Virus record (IMG/VR): IMGVR_UViG_3300006213_002314
Source: an uncultured virus (IMG/VR IMGVR_UViG_3300006213_002314)
Taxonomy: Duplodnaviria > Heunggongvirae > Uroviricota > Caudoviricetes
Length of the DNA stretch: 64,000 nucleotides
Strand: one strand, 5' to 3'
The first letter of the stretch is position 1. Each line of letters opens with the position of its first letter. The position numbers were made by a program, and so were the translations under genes. The notes beneath the pieces were generated by a model, which made no database searches, was not told the DNA's origin, and saw only the letters and a program-made list of their open reading frames with translations. Below are positions 48,988 through 60,333 of the stretch, piece by piece.

Positions 48988-49524
48988 TTATGTTGTCATG
49001 CCCGCCATTCCGAATAAACTCATTTGCTGGAACCCTTCGTCTTCCCTTTGGGATTCCTTCTGAGCGGCAGGGCGTTTACTGTCTGTCTTCTGTGTTTTCT
49101 TAGCTGTTGGTTTCTTCTCTTTCGGAGGATTCGGGTCTGAAAGCTCTGGGATGATTTCTCCGGTCTGCTCCATGTACCACTGAGCAAATACCGTTCTGTG
49201 GCACCAGTCTTCCGGTATTCTCACATCCTCGTAGCAAAGCAGCACTAAATCTTTGTTCTGGTCTGCGGCCTCTCTCTCAAACCTCATAACCATATCAACG
49301 ATTCTGTCTGCTCCGATTCCCTCCAGCTTCCGGTAGTATGCTTCTTTGAATGCGTCATAATCCATTCTCAGCATATACCCTTTCGGTGCCAGTGAATAGC
49401 ATTGTGTCACCAGTTCATACCCGAGCGGGAACTTCGGCGCTCCTATGCTGATTCCAATGCAGTAATACTTCTCTTTGTTCTCGGTCAGCTCCTTATTGCT
49501 GTACCGGCTCGTCCAAATAGCCAT
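48988..49524 (-). CDS. DUF488-like protein
   Basis: IWTSRY...IGIS...LAP...LVLLCYE...CHR. Confidence 0.7.
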   Translation of the reverse strand: MAIWTSRYSNKELTENKEKYYCIGISIGAPKFPLGYELVTQCYSLAPKGYMLRMDYDAFKEAYYRKLEGIGADRIVDMVMRFEREAADQNKDLVLLCYEDVRIPEDWCHRTVFAQWYMEQTGEIIPELSDPNPPKEKKPTAKKTQKTDSKRPAAQKESQREDEGFQQMSLFGMAGMTT

Positions 49525-49792
49525 ATCTGATACTCCCTTTCTCTCGCAAATGCAAGTATATGTTATACTTTTATTATACTATGCGAGCAGGTCTAAGTAC
49601 ACTGAAATACCCTTATTTAACCGATTTTTCACATTTCCAAAGGCTGCTTCCGGGAGGTCTGTACCTCCCGGTCCTGCCTCGGAGGGAAGAAAAACAACAC
49701 GTTTTTTAGGGGTGACATATGACTTATCGGGCTTTTACCAGAATAACACGAAGCCTTTCGCTTGTCTAGTGCAACCTTTTCGCATATGCGAG

Positions 49793-50467
49793 TTATTTCG
49801 TTCTCTTTTCTCGCACATTCTTTTTCTTCGCATTCCGGACGCTCCGCCTCGTTTCTATGCTCTTCACTCCCTCTATTCCGAAGAACAATACCGATAAATC
49901 GTCATACGCCTTTTCCAGGGTTCTATATACCGTGCTCTTGTCGATCTGCTCCAGCTCCGCTACTTCCTCTAAGGCCATAGGCTCTTTTCTCAGGTAAATC
50001 ATTTCAACCACTCTGTATCTTCGCTGGATATCCTGAATTTTTGACTTCTTGCACTCCTTCTTATAATTCTCCAGTTGTACATCCACATGGTTCAGTAGCA
50101 TTCCCGTCACGATCCGGTTCCTGTTCGTACTCGTCAGATTAAATTCCTCTTTTCTCACTCTATCCAGGATTCCATCCAGAATCTCCTTCAGTGTGGGGTC
50201 TGTCACCGTGTCGCTCCCTGTCACGGATGTACTTCTCATTCTCTTTAACTGGCGGTAATGAATGATAATCGTCTTTGCACTGTTCTTGACCTTATCTGCC
50301 AGCTCTTCCCGTTCCTTTTCCTTTCTTCGCTCATAGGCTTCTACTCCTTTCTTCGCCCCTTCCTTGCCTGCCGCCTTAATCAGATTATCCAAGTCCTCCG
50401 CTGATATGACAACGAACTTCTTTTCCTCCTGCGGCGTCTCTGCCATTACAATACTTTCCTCTGTCAT
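49793..50467 (-). CDS. putative late transcriptional regulator (sigma-70 region 4/RinA-like)
   Basis: RYRVVEMIYL...EEVAELEQIDKSTVYR...LSVLFFGIEG; lies at the early/late junction. Confidence 0.7.
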   Translation of the reverse strand: MTEESIVMAETPQEEKKFVVISAEDLDNLIKAAGKEGAKKGVEAYERRKEKEREELADKVKNSAKTIIIHYRQLKRMRSTSVTGSDTVTDPTLKEILDGILDRVRKEEFNLTSTNRNRIVTGMLLNHVDVQLENYKKECKKSKIQDIQRRYRVVEMIYLRKEPMALEEVAELEQIDKSTVYRTLEKAYDDLSVLFFGIEGVKSIETRRSVRNAKKKNVREKRTK

Positions 50468-50560
50468 GATGCCACCTCCTTGACTTTGCTCTGGTTCTGA
50501 GATACAATCTCAGTAGGGTTTGCTGGCTCCGTCAAGGGGCTGGCTTTTTTATTGCGTGTA

Positions 50561-53500
50561 CTACAGCAGTTTTATCCATATCTCATGTGCTTGTTTTTCA
50601 TGTCGTTCTGATGCTTTTATTATCTCTGTCAGTCCTATTTCCGCCTCATTAAAATGTTTTCCAATTTTCCAACAGGTCGTACCGCATTCTCTTACGGTAT
50701 CATAGTTATCTACTTTCTCTATGCTCAAATCGCTCATGTAAAATATCCTTTTCCCGATAGAAACAAGTACATTTCCCCGACCTCTTGTAGAGATTACTTG
50801 AATAACAGCTTTTGCCGGCATTTCCATAAGCATCTCAACAGGAATAACCGTTTTCTTCTCTCCATTGTAAATTGATTGCTCTGATCGTTCTTTCATTTCA
50901 TCCCCCTTTATTTCACATCAGTACGACCACTCCGCACTCAAAACCTCTCCGGCCGGCCACCGGCCTAATCCCACCGTCAAGTAATTCATAGACTCCTGGT
51001 ATTCCTCTGGGCGGAGCCTCGTGTTCCTCGCTCCTCTTCTCCAAGAACGTCCATGACTGCCTTTCACGGAACTCATATTTGTATCCCATTGTTCCATTCC
51101 CCGGAGCTTCATTTCGCTCTGCCTCTTCCCTTTCTGCCCTCACGCGTCCCGCTCTCTTTTGCATTCTCTTTAATTTGTTGCTCACATCGTCTCCTCCTTC
51201 TTATCCGAATCACCGATTCCACGGTTTAAAATCTCTTATCTTTTCTACCAGTGTTTCCGGGAGGCCGTCAAAGCATATCGCCCTATCATCCACATAACAA
51301 ACTGCAGGCGGCTTCGTTGCCATTACATCATCAACCACAATATGATTGTCTCTTAGATAACGTCTTACCGCTCCCATTCCATTCGGGTAAGCGCACCTGG
51401 TAGATACTACAATCACCTCGTATCCATCCATACGCAGTCTATTGATCGCCTCCTGTATATGCGGTACAACCGGATCAGGAATAACATCTACACCCTGCCA
51501 ACCGCTTGAATAGCTGTGTATCACTCCGTCAAAGTCAAATACTACTGTCTTTTTGCTCATTTCTACATCCTCCGCAAAGCATTAAACTATCTCTCAGCCC
51601 AATTCCAACTCGTTTACATGAATCAGGTGTCCAAACATTCCAACTTTCCCGTACAACACATCATTTGAGAACATTGGTGCATTGTTGTTTTTTCCAAACG
51701 TAGCTGACCTTACTGCATATTCTGATTTAGTTCTCATGTTTTCCTCCTTGTTTTGCATGATAGAAAAGCCACAGCACATCTTCATGGCTGACTTTCACTC
51801 CCGCTCTTTCTTGCAAATATTTTCTACACTTTTCCGTATTCATTGGCGATATTACTCCACCGTTATTAACGTAATCCACGTAAAACGGCATGATGTTTTC
51901 TCTATCCATGATTCACCTCGCTAAATCTTCGTTCTACTTCTTATATCCCGGACAAGTTGCAAAATGTGATATGTAGCCATACCCATCCGCTTCCCCAGCC
52001 TTGCATCGCTCCCCGGCAACTACCTCTCCGCTTGGCAAGACAATTCTTTCTTTGCCGTTCTGGACTTTCTTATAATCCACAAACTGAGGATCAACTGGCA
52101 TGTTTTTACCCGCTTTCGTCCTGATCCACACAATCCGTGCTCCACAAGTTCTGCACTGTCCGAAGTTTCCTCCTGCAGCTTTTCTCATAATCACCACCTC
52201 CGTTCTGCCTTTCTGCAATTCTTTTGGATCTGACTTTTCCCGGTACTATATTTATTTTCCCGCTCTAACTCCATCACCCTCAATTCATCCCAGTCCACAA
52301 ACCTTCCGCTCGGAAGAAGAATTGATGCTTTCCCAAGAACAACTTCCTTGCCCTGAATAGTCATACGTGGATAGTTCACCAACACATTGTACTTTCTGGC
52401 GATCTGGAATGAAGCATCGTTAATGGGCTGTCTCACCTGCTTAATCGTCTGAGGCTTCGTTCTTCGTCCATCAACCGGGAGTTTTTTCATTTTTTCAAGC
52501 AGCTTTTCCTCTTCCGTGGAAATTATCTCATGAATAAATATGTATCTTCTTGTTGCCATATATCACATCCTCTAATCTAACATCTACACCGTATCATTTA
52601 AGAGTTCAACTCCATCCGGTAACTCAGCAATCTCTACATCTTCCATAGGCATCCACGCATGTACTCTTTCTGCTTCACGGCTGCCAAGCTCTTTAGTCCA
52701 TGCCAACCCTGTTTCTGGCTCTCCATCCATTATCCAATCTTTTGCGTCTGGCTCCTCATTGAGATCGGCAAAATATCTCGTTTCTGCATAAGCAACTCGT
52801 CTACCGGTCCTCTTGCCTTCTCTCCATTCGTATGCAATAAGCGTACACCAGTAAACTCCCGGAGTTTTCGGGTTTCCAGCTTTCTCAATATAATTCCACT
52901 TTTTACTCATGTCGTTCTCCTTTTTTATTCAACAAAACATTCGCTCTTCTGGTCTGCACTTTCCTTTCCATAATGCCGCCATGCATCTTCAACCAGTTAT
53001 TTGTCACATTAAATCCATACAATAAGCTTAATCTGGCCCGATACGGTATTTTTACATTTTCCAGAGTTATCTCAAAACTCTCCTGAATCCCCATGATTGA
53101 GCGCACTTCCCGCCCCGTTTCTTCCTGGGCTTCCATGAGAAGATTTTCTGTCTGGATAATCGCCTCTGAAATTGTTGCGATCTTTCTTTGTGATCCATCT
53201 TCGCCCATTATATAAAGGCTTCCTTCCTGAATCTTTTGACCGTTTTTCATCCCTTCTTCTCCATCACTGCATATTTGGCTTTTTAACTTTCTGCTCCTCC
53301 GTAAGAGTCGGCGCACTAACATTCTTAGCCAAGTAATCAGCCAATTCCTTCGCTCCTGCATTTTTTACCTCCACTTCATTCGCAATGTGACGCAGGGCTG
53401 TTACGATCAGCCCCGCATCCGCTGCAGAATACGGTGAAATTGCATTGATGATATTATTTGAATAATACTTCAAGCCGTCCGCTACCATGTTCATAGCTTC

Positions 53501-54252
53501 CTTCTGCTTTCCTTCCTGGAGAAGACTATTCCCACGATTAACATAGCTTTTCATCCGTTTTTCTTTCAGCCTCTTCATTACTCGTCCTCCGGTTCCTCAT
53601 AGTCATAATCATCCGAATCATCATCCTCTGTACTGCCATCTTCCAGAAGCTCGTCTGTCATATCTTCGAACTCTTCCAAAGATTCGCCCTCTCCCCCTTC
53701 CGGGTTCTCTGGCTCCGGTGCATTCTCCTGCGGCTCTGCAGTTTCTTCCATTTCGGTGTACTCAGCGTCAATTACTTCTCCATCTGTAGGTCCTGGAAGC
53801 TGAGGTATTCCGCTCGAATGATTTTCTTCCTGATCTGCTTCCTCAGAATCTTTGCCCGGATGGATGTTGTCCTCAAAATCATCATCGAAAATGGTTCTCT
53901 GCTCCGTGTTCGCAATAGGTTTCATGATATACTCTCCGGAATCATCATCAAACATCAGCTTCATCTCTGTATCCATGTTCCCCTTCTTTTCATCCTTGAT
54001 CTGAACAGAAGAGGTCACTTTATGCGCAAACTTTGGCTTCTCAATTCTGCGGCTCTCTCCTTCAATACTTGGATCGTAATTCGGAATATATGCCGTATCG
54101 AAACTGACATCTATCTTCAAAGTCATACTGCCCTCTGTCGCTCCCTTCTCCTGCATATTACCCAGAAGCCTTTGCAGAACAAAGTTCATATCCCGCTTAA
54201 CATTGCTGAATGTATCACTCTCAAAATTCAGCTCTTTCTTGAAATCATTCAT
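50561..54252 (-). other. cluster of small early/middle hypothetical genes
   Basis: ORFs 50561..50896, 50913..51185, 51727..51909, 51934..52218, 52191..52559, 52584..52910, 52903..53361, 53264..53578, 53578..54252. Confidence 0.65.
51210..51560 (-). CDS. HAD-superfamily phosphatase
   Basis: VFDFDGVI (DxD), VVSTR, KP...YVDDRA. Confidence 0.8.
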   Translation of the reverse strand: MSKKTVVFDFDGVIHSYSSGWQGVDVIPDPVVPHIQEAINRLRMDGYEVIVVSTRCAYPNGMGAVRRYLRDNHIVVDDVMATKPPAVCYVDDRAICFDGLPETLVEKIRDFKPWNR

Positions 54253-54255
54253 AGC

Positions 54256-55734
54256 CTACTCCACCTTTCCGTATTTGATGTTGTTTTCCTTCATGTACTC
54301 TACTAAGCCTTTTAACTGCGCTTTCGTACCAATAGCGAAGAATCTTACCCTGGCTTTTTTCTCCGGCTTCTGAGCAAACGGGTCTACTGCAGCAGAAAAT
54401 GCCGATCTCTCAATGCTCTCAATCGTCCTTCCCATTGTAGTGATTGGTCCGCCATCTATTCCATCCATTCCGATTTCTGCCTGCTCCGGTTCTGTTTTTA
54501 CCAGTTTTGATCCGGATTCCGGCTGCTCTGATCCGATTTCTACCTGTTTTGCTACACTCTGGTTTTCGTCCTCCTGCTCTTTGGCAATTCTGGCAGCTTC
54601 TGCTCTTTTCCGTTCTTCTTCCTGTCTCCTCGCTTCTGCCTCGGCTCTGCATTTCTCCTCTTCCGCTTTTCTTTTCTCCGCTGCCTGTCTGCGTTCCTCT
54701 GCTTCCTTTTCCTTCCGAATACGTTCAGCCTCCAGCTTTTCCTCCAGATCAGTAAGTCTCTTATTCTCAGCCAAAGCCTTGCTGAGATTCCGTGTCTTAA
54801 TATAAACGTCTTTTGCATTCAGTTTGTACTTACTATCCAGGCTGTCAATAGTTTCCAAATCCGTCCGGACCTGCTGAATCTTCTGCTTTACTTCCTCCTG
54901 TGCCGTGCTGAGCTTATACGTCTTATTGAGGTATCGACTGTCGAAGACTTTCTCGAACGGAAGAACCGGCGCCAACTCACCAATAGCCTCCTCGTAAGCC
55001 TCCCGTATTTTTTTCTCCTTCTCTTCCTTCTGCTTTTTCTCAAAGACGCTTACCTGCTGATCAATTTCATCCATCTGTTCCTGAATCAAAGCAGTTACTT
55101 CTTTCAGCTCTGCCTCAAAATCAGCGTATGGCTTGTTGATGATCTCCTTCACTTTTTTCCGGCGTTCTTCTATCGCTTTCAGCAGTTTATTCAGCTCTGC
55201 CCGGTCGCTCTTTGCCAGTTTCAAAGTCTCCTCTGTATAGGCCACTCCAGAATATTCCGCAACCTTTGCCTTAACTGCGGCTTCCAACTCCGCCTTATTC
55301 CACTCAATATGTTTCAGAAAGCCTTTTTCTGTCGGGTTAATCAGGCGAAATTCCATCTTCGCCGGTACGTTCTCTACAACTTCCGCCTGTTCAACTTTTT
55401 CTTCTGCCATTTGTAATCCTCCTTTAAAATCTTTCCAGTGCCGATAAGCTCTTTCTACCAAACACTTCATTGAATATTCCTCAATATCCGCCTCTCTATG
55501 AAGCCATGCGCAATGCGATCTACAGTGCCGCTTAATCTCCTCCAGCAGTTCTTTTTCTCCTGCATCCTCAATAGCTTGCCGAACCGTCTTTCTCCATTCT
55601 TCCGGTGAAAAGTCACCAACCTTAGTTTTGTAGATTTCCCTAAAGCCGTAAATCTTCCCACCTTTCGGCCCCATGCCTTTCACATAGGAATTACCCCAGC
55701 GTTGAAAACTGTAATCTTCCAATCGGTTTTCCAA
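54256..55734 (-). CDS. DUF1351-like coiled-coil protein with fused N-terminal domain
   Basis: WNKAEL...YTEE.LK.AK.DRA.LNKL..A.EE.RK..K....PY..FE; internal ATG 55410 with GGAGG RBS. Confidence 0.7.
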   Translation of the reverse strand: MENRLEDYSFQRWGNSYVKGMGPKGGKIYGFREIYKTKVGDFSPEEWRKTVRQAIEDAGEKELLEEIKRHCRSHCAWLHREADIEEYSMKCLVERAYRHWKDFKGGLQMAEEKVEQAEVVENVPAKMEFRLINPTEKGFLKHIEWNKAELEAAVKAKVAEYSGVAYTEETLKLAKSDRAELNKLLKAIEERRKKVKEIINKPYADFEAELKEVTALIQEQMDEIDQQVSVFEKKQKEEKEKKIREAYEEAIGELAPVLPFEKVFDSRYLNKTYKLSTAQEEVKQKIQQVRTDLETIDSLDSKYKLNAKDVYIKTRNLSKALAENKRLTDLEEKLEAERIRKEKEAEERRQAAEKRKAEEEKCRAEAEARRQEEERKRAEAARIAKEQEDENQSVAKQVEIGSEQPESGSKLVKTEPEQAEIGMDGIDGGPITTMGRTIESIERSAFSAAVDPFAQKPEKKARVRFFAIGTKAQLKGLVEYMKENNIKYGKVE

Positions 55735-55744
55735 CTATTTCACC

Positions 55745-55969
55745 TCATATCTGCTCAATAACCGATTTTGCATCCTCGACATAGCCATCAACTTCATCGA
55801 GCATATCAATATAATTCTGCATTTCCTCCCCACGATCTCCGAAGCGGAAATTGTCTGGAAGATTCTCCATTGCCTCATTTTCCTCTTCCTTTACCTCGGA
55901 GAGAATATCTCCAACTTCGCACAACTTATCAAATGCCTTTCCCAGTTTCTTTCTCCGTGCTTTATTCAT
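55745..55969 (-). CDS. hypothetical protein
   Basis: MNKARRK...EE..AMENLP...GE.M; ORF track. Confidence 0.65.
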   Translation of the reverse strand: MNKARRKKLGKAFDKLCEVGDILSEVKEEENEAMENLPDNFRFGDRGEEMQNYIDMLDEVDGYVEDAKSVIEQI

Positions 55970-55978
55970 GCTTGCCTC

Positions 55979-56443
55979 CTATATCTCTCCCGGATCAATC
56001 CTCCGGATCGTAACATCTACTCTCGGTGTTTCAGAATAGAACTTCCTTACCTGCGCATCGACCACTCTGCTATCATCATGGTAGGCGATCTTGTTCAGGC
56101 TATCGCACACAATCTTCCCAATGTTGTCCCAATCCGGCGTTTTGGTTGGCCTGATCTTATGCTCCAACATCAGCTTCCTTCTCTTCTTGCTCGTTGACTG
56201 AGGAATCTCGTAATATGCGATAATGCGAACATCCAGCATATCATCGTCTTTGAAGCGCTTTCCCTTGGCCGCCTCACGGTACATCAGCTTAACCAGGTTC
56301 TCGTAGCTGACTGTTTCCTTAGGCGTGTACGCTTTGCTGAACGCCTTTTCTTTCCCTTGGCCGTCTTTATATTTTCTGACCGTAACTCTCGGCCGCTGTT
56401 TTCCAAACGGCACTCCTGGAATCGTAAACCGTATGCTACGCAT
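55979..56443 (-). CDS. rusA: RusA-family Holliday junction resolvase
   Basis: PFGKQRPR...PDWDNIGKIVCDSLN..AYHDDSRVV; start placed at ATG 56443. Confidence 0.85.
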   Translation of the reverse strand: MRSIRFTIPGVPFGKQRPRVTVRKYKDGQGKEKAFSKAYTPKETVSYENLVKLMYREAAKGKRFKDDDMLDVRIIAYYEIPQSTSKKRRKLMLEHKIRPTKTPDWDNIGKIVCDSLNKIAYHDDSRVVDAQVRKFYSETPRVDVTIRRIDPGEI

Positions 56444-56661
56444 TATCTCCTCCTCTGATGTTCCTTGGTTATCCAACATTTCCTGTCTCCTTGTAAATTT
56501 TGAGATAATAGTCCAGTTGCTTCCCTGTCTCTGTCTTTTTTCTCTTTCCGGGACCAACCGTGTAGCCATTCTCATGCAGAATAGCCGTTACCGTCTTTCT
56601 GTCTTCCAGTTTGTCGATGCTAAGCTCCGCTATTTTTTCTAATGCCATACCATCAATCCTC

Positions 56662-57321
56662 CTATGCTCTCTTCATTCTTCCGAGCAAATCATCCAGTTT
56701 TCTTCTGGTTTCCTCGCTCATACCTACGGTTTTTTCTTCTTCCTCCGCCTCTAGCTTTACGGGTTCTTCTGGGGGCTGCAGTTTCACATTCTCCATTGCC
56801 GCAATCCGCTTTTCTGCTTGAATCTCAGAAATCAAATTCCTTATCTGGTTCGGAATTTTCCTGTCCTCGCTGATCCGTTTTACCGCTGTTCTGTAGTTTC
56901 GGATAAAGTGAGACTGCTCAACAGTTCCTACCTGGTCGGAATCCATCAACGCCCATTCCCGCAGATTCGCCGGACTGCCGACCGCCATCTGGCAGGCCTC
57001 CGGCAATTTTGCAAATTCCTCTTCTGCATGATATCCGGAATTTCCAATGGCCTTTCTTGTGATGGACCAAGCCTCCAGTTCACTCATTCCCTCCAACTCC
57101 GGCTCTATAATCTCTGTTACCTTTGACCTTAGGTCCGCTATCGTTGGTGGGAATCTCTCCGTCAGCATATACTTCTGGATGGCTACACTCACCTGTTTAT
57201 ATGGCAAGTCTTTCAGAAGCTCATACCACACATTAAAAGCGTCTTGATCCGGAATAAAGGTAGGTTGTGCGTACACCGCTTTCATCCCTTTTACCAGCGT
57301 TTTGAATTCCTCTCGTTCCAT
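56662..57321 (-). CDS. replicative helicase loader/inhibitor (G39P-like)
   Basis: W...L.DLPY.....A...Y......PPTIADLR; follows the initiator gene. Confidence 0.7.
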   Translation of the reverse strand: MEREEFKTLVKGMKAVYAQPTFIPDQDAFNVWYELLKDLPYKQVSVAIQKYMLTERFPPTIADLRSKVTEIIEPELEGMSELEAWSITRKAIGNSGYHAEEEFAKLPEACQMAVGSPANLREWALMDSDQVGTVEQSHFIRNYRTAVKRISEDRKIPNQIRNLISEIQAEKRIAAMENVKLQPPEEPVKLEAEEEEKTVGMSEETRRKLDDLLGRMKRA

Positions 57322-58094
57322 TACCAGTTATCCACCTCGCTCACTCTGTTCTGGATTCCTGCTCTTGTGGAATTGTTCTTCTCTAAAATGTCCCAGATAA
57401 TTCCTTTCCAGTTGCTTCCCATACAGGTTTCGATCAGGTCTATCACTGCCTTGTCTCCGTACTGAGCGGAACGCTTTTCTACTTGCTTCAGCAGCGATTT
57501 CATTCCCTGCTCCTTATAAGATTCTTTTCGCTCCGTCTTGTATTTGAACCACAGCTCCATCTCTTCTTTCACGGGCTCTGACAACTGATAATTCCCAGAT
57601 AGCCTGTGGAAAATCTGCACCTGCGTCTCTTTCTTGGGTTTCTCTGGTTTTTGTGTATCCGGGAGCTGAGGGGGTACGCTTTCTTCCGGAAGCATTTCCT
57701 GCGATGTTCCTTGGATTTCTCTCTGCCTTTCACGTTCCCTCTGCAGACGTTTCCTCCTGGCCGCATCTGTTTCCGTTCCGGTCATTTCTTCGCATTGAAG
57801 CAATTCCATTTCATCATTTCCGACAACCTTCAACAGCCCCTTACTTTTCAGATAGCCTATTGTTACCGATACATTGTCCGGCTCTTCGTCCAAATCCAGA
57901 GCCAACTCGTCAATGAAATTCTCCTCTACCCCCTCAAAGTACAGCCTGTTTTTCTGTGATATCGCCCTCAAAAGCATTTTCAGATAGATAATGGTATAAG
58001 TATCGCCCCCAGCTATCTTCCTTAGCTTTTTCATAGGTTTATCCTTGAAAAACTGCTCCGTCAGTTTCAACCAATAGTATCTTTTTTCCGCCAT
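57321..58094 (-). CDS. phage replisome organiser/replication initiator
   Basis: RYYWLKL...FF....KKLRKIAGGDTYTIIYLKMLL...GTETDAARRKR. Confidence 0.85.
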   Translation of the reverse strand: MAEKRYYWLKLTEQFFKDKPMKKLRKIAGGDTYTIIYLKMLLRAISQKNRLYFEGVEENFIDELALDLDEEPDNVSVTIGYLKSKGLLKVVGNDEMELLQCEEMTGTETDAARRKRLQRERERQREIQGTSQEMLPEESVPPQLPDTQKPEKPKKETQVQIFHRLSGNYQLSEPVKEEMELWFKYKTERKESYKEQGMKSLLKQVEKRSAQYGDKAVIDLIETCMGSNWKGIIWDILEKNNSTRAGIQNRVSEVDNW

Positions 58095-58105
58095 TCTTCA
58101 CCTCG

Positions 58106-58915
58106 TCAGATCGCTGCAGTCAAATCTGTAATGGAGATAGGACCGGTCAGCACTCTTGACTTCCTGCAGCAATCACACAATTCACATCTATCCGGTTTTT
58201 CCTCCCCACTCTTCACCCGAAGAATCCTAGGCATGTTCGCTTCTACCATGTTCAACGCCTCTGCAAGATAATTGTCTGTCACATGAATAATGCGAATATC
58301 CGGCTCTTTCTGTGCCGTTGTGGGCTTCGTGGCCCCGGCAATGTAGAACGGAAGTTTCTTCCCGGTGTTCTGCCTTACGATTTCCTGATAAACCGCTCCC
58401 TGAATGTCATATCCCCAATACCGGACAAAATCGAGGTAGCCGATATCTCTCACCCATTTCAGATCCGTAATGGAGGCCATAACTTTCAAATCAACAATAG
58501 CAATATCCTCAAGATAGCTGTCTATTTTGATCTTCCATTTTACCCCGAACAGTTCTCCGGTCATAATTACCTGCTTCTCGCCGGACATGAATTTCATAAA
58601 ATACGAGTCCCGTTCAATTCGCTCAATTACCTTTTCTGCTCCTACATACTCGGCTTTCAAGGTTCCATCACGCTTAAACAAATCCTTATTCTCCAGCTTA
58701 AACGTATCCAACGTTCCCTCAAAATAGGAATCCACGTAGCTACCGACCATAAGCGCCGTAGACTTTGGTTCTTCCCATCTTCGTTCCAACTTTTCCAGTG
58801 CTGTAAACTCACAAGGCATCTTTCCGTATGTACCGTTGAAATCCTTGAACTGTGATACACTCATGTACTCCTTGTCTGCCTCCTGGCTATAATAATTCTC
58901 TGCCGTCAAAATCAT
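58106..58915 (-). CDS. PD-(D/E)XK exonuclease (DUF3799/RecE-like)
   Basis: LTAENYYS...MSVSQFK...WKIKID...IVDLK...YDIQGAVYQ. Confidence 0.8.
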   Translation of the reverse strand: MILTAENYYSQEADKEYMSVSQFKDFNGTYGKMPCEFTALEKLERRWEEPKSTALMVGSYVDSYFEGTLDTFKLENKDLFKRDGTLKAEYVGAEKVIERIERDSYFMKFMSGEKQVIMTGELFGVKWKIKIDSYLEDIAIVDLKVMASITDLKWVRDIGYLDFVRYWGYDIQGAVYQEIVRQNTGKKLPFYIAGATKPTTAQKEPDIRIIHVTDNYLAEALNMVEANMPRILRVKSGEEKPDRCELCDCCRKSRVLTGPISITDLTAAI

Positions 58916-58928
58916 ATATCCCTACCTC

Positions 58929-59861
58929 CTACATATCTTCAATATCTACGTCTTCTGGTTCTTCCTCTTCCTGCTGCTCAATCTGAAATGGGTCCTGTGC
59001 TGGCGGTAAAGCATCCGGCTTATTGTCTCCGTAGCTTCCATCCCCTTCTCCGTCAAAGGTTTTCTGATCGTCCTGGATGGCCCTCTGCATGTCTACTGAC
59101 AGGATTCCCCACTTGCTGAGAAGCAGCTTGATTACCGTCTTTAATGCCATTGCCTCAAAGTCCGTAGTCCATTTGCTCGACTTCTTGCCCTTGTTCAGAT
59201 CATATCTGTATGCCTGTGAATATTTCCTTGCATGATTGTCAACCGCTTTCTTTGACATATATAGTTCCTGGCTATACCCGGTTTTCAACCGGAACCATGC
59301 GTAATACCCAGCCACATGCGTAGCGTCACCGACATCCCTCTGTGTACAGTTGCTGAAATCCTCCACAAATTTAATCTCCCCTGTGATCGGGTTGTACGAC
59401 TGAAGCTCGTCCTCATAGACCACTGCGTAATTCATTTTCTCGTAGTATCCGGAGCGGATTGCCAGTTGGATGAACCCCTTGTACATCATCTGGAATTGTG
59501 CTCTCGGATGCTTTTCATACTGCCCTGTCTGGGGATTTAGTACGCTTTCGTTGTACGGAACAATAGCAGCAAAGCCCAGATTGCTGTCTATTGGAAGGTC
59601 ATATGTTGCCGCCGCGAATGCAGCTCCAATTATTGATGCTGCCGGACACTTCTTTAACTGCGCACTGCCTGACACTGTATTTATAATTGATGCCATAAAC
59701 TGAGGTGCTTTCTGCCCCAGTATCTCTGTGAATTTTTTCTTTACCTTATCCTCTGACAGCATTGCTTTTACTTGATTCACTATAGGAACTGGCGGTGCCT
59801 GCTGTTGAGTGGCCGGCATCTGCTGTCTGTTTGCTGTCTGCTGTGTAATCATTCTTATCAT
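58929..59861 (-). CDS. recT: RecT-family single-strand annealing protein
   Basis: LGFAAIVPY...AQFQMMYKGFIQLAIRSG...W.TDFEAMALKTV. Confidence 0.9.
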   Translation of the reverse strand: MIRMITQQTANRQQMPATQQQAPPVPIVNQVKAMLSEDKVKKKFTEILGQKAPQFMASIINTVSGSAQLKKCPAASIIGAAFAAATYDLPIDSNLGFAAIVPYNESVLNPQTGQYEKHPRAQFQMMYKGFIQLAIRSGYYEKMNYAVVYEDELQSYNPITGEIKFVEDFSNCTQRDVGDATHVAGYYAWFRLKTGYSQELYMSKKAVDNHARKYSQAYRYDLNKGKKSSKWTTDFEAMALKTVIKLLLSKWGILSVDMQRAIQDDQKTFDGEGDGSYGDNKPDALPPAQDPFQIEQQEEEEPEDVDIEDM

Positions 59862-60333
59862 CCTCCTTTAAAAATCGCTTTCATGTGCTTCGCATAACTC
59901 CTGCCCTAAATACTCCAGAAGTTCTCTTCCGTTCATTGCCCCAACACACGCTTCACATATCGCACCTTCTGGCAAATCTAAGTATTTTTCTCCTGGGTAT
60001 ATCCCCTCTTCGCAGCCAATGCAAATTGTAACTGGCTGTGGTTCCGGGGCATTCGGACATCTGCTGTCGCATGGCTCTTTTCTACATATTGCACACATTA
60101 TCTTCCTTTGCACCTTCTCTCTTCTCGGATAGCATCAACCAAAACAGGAAGGGCGTTTCTGAGAAATTTCTTCCCCCTATCAAAAGCAAAAACAGTGAAT
60201 GGCAAAACCAACCATTCACTCCCCACTGCGGCATACCCCCGCCATTCATATGCACTTTTCACTGCCACAGCTGTCAAACAAAAACCTATGGTTAATGGAA
60301 TCCAATTCTTAATTACCACTCTTCTTATCCGCT

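Noticed and set aside
50522..50550. Plus-strand terminator-like hairpin (GCTGGCTCC/GGGGCTGGC then T6) antisense to the operon
   Set aside because: It relies on several G-U pairs and no plus-strand gene or clear promoter was found. Too weak to call an antisense RNA.
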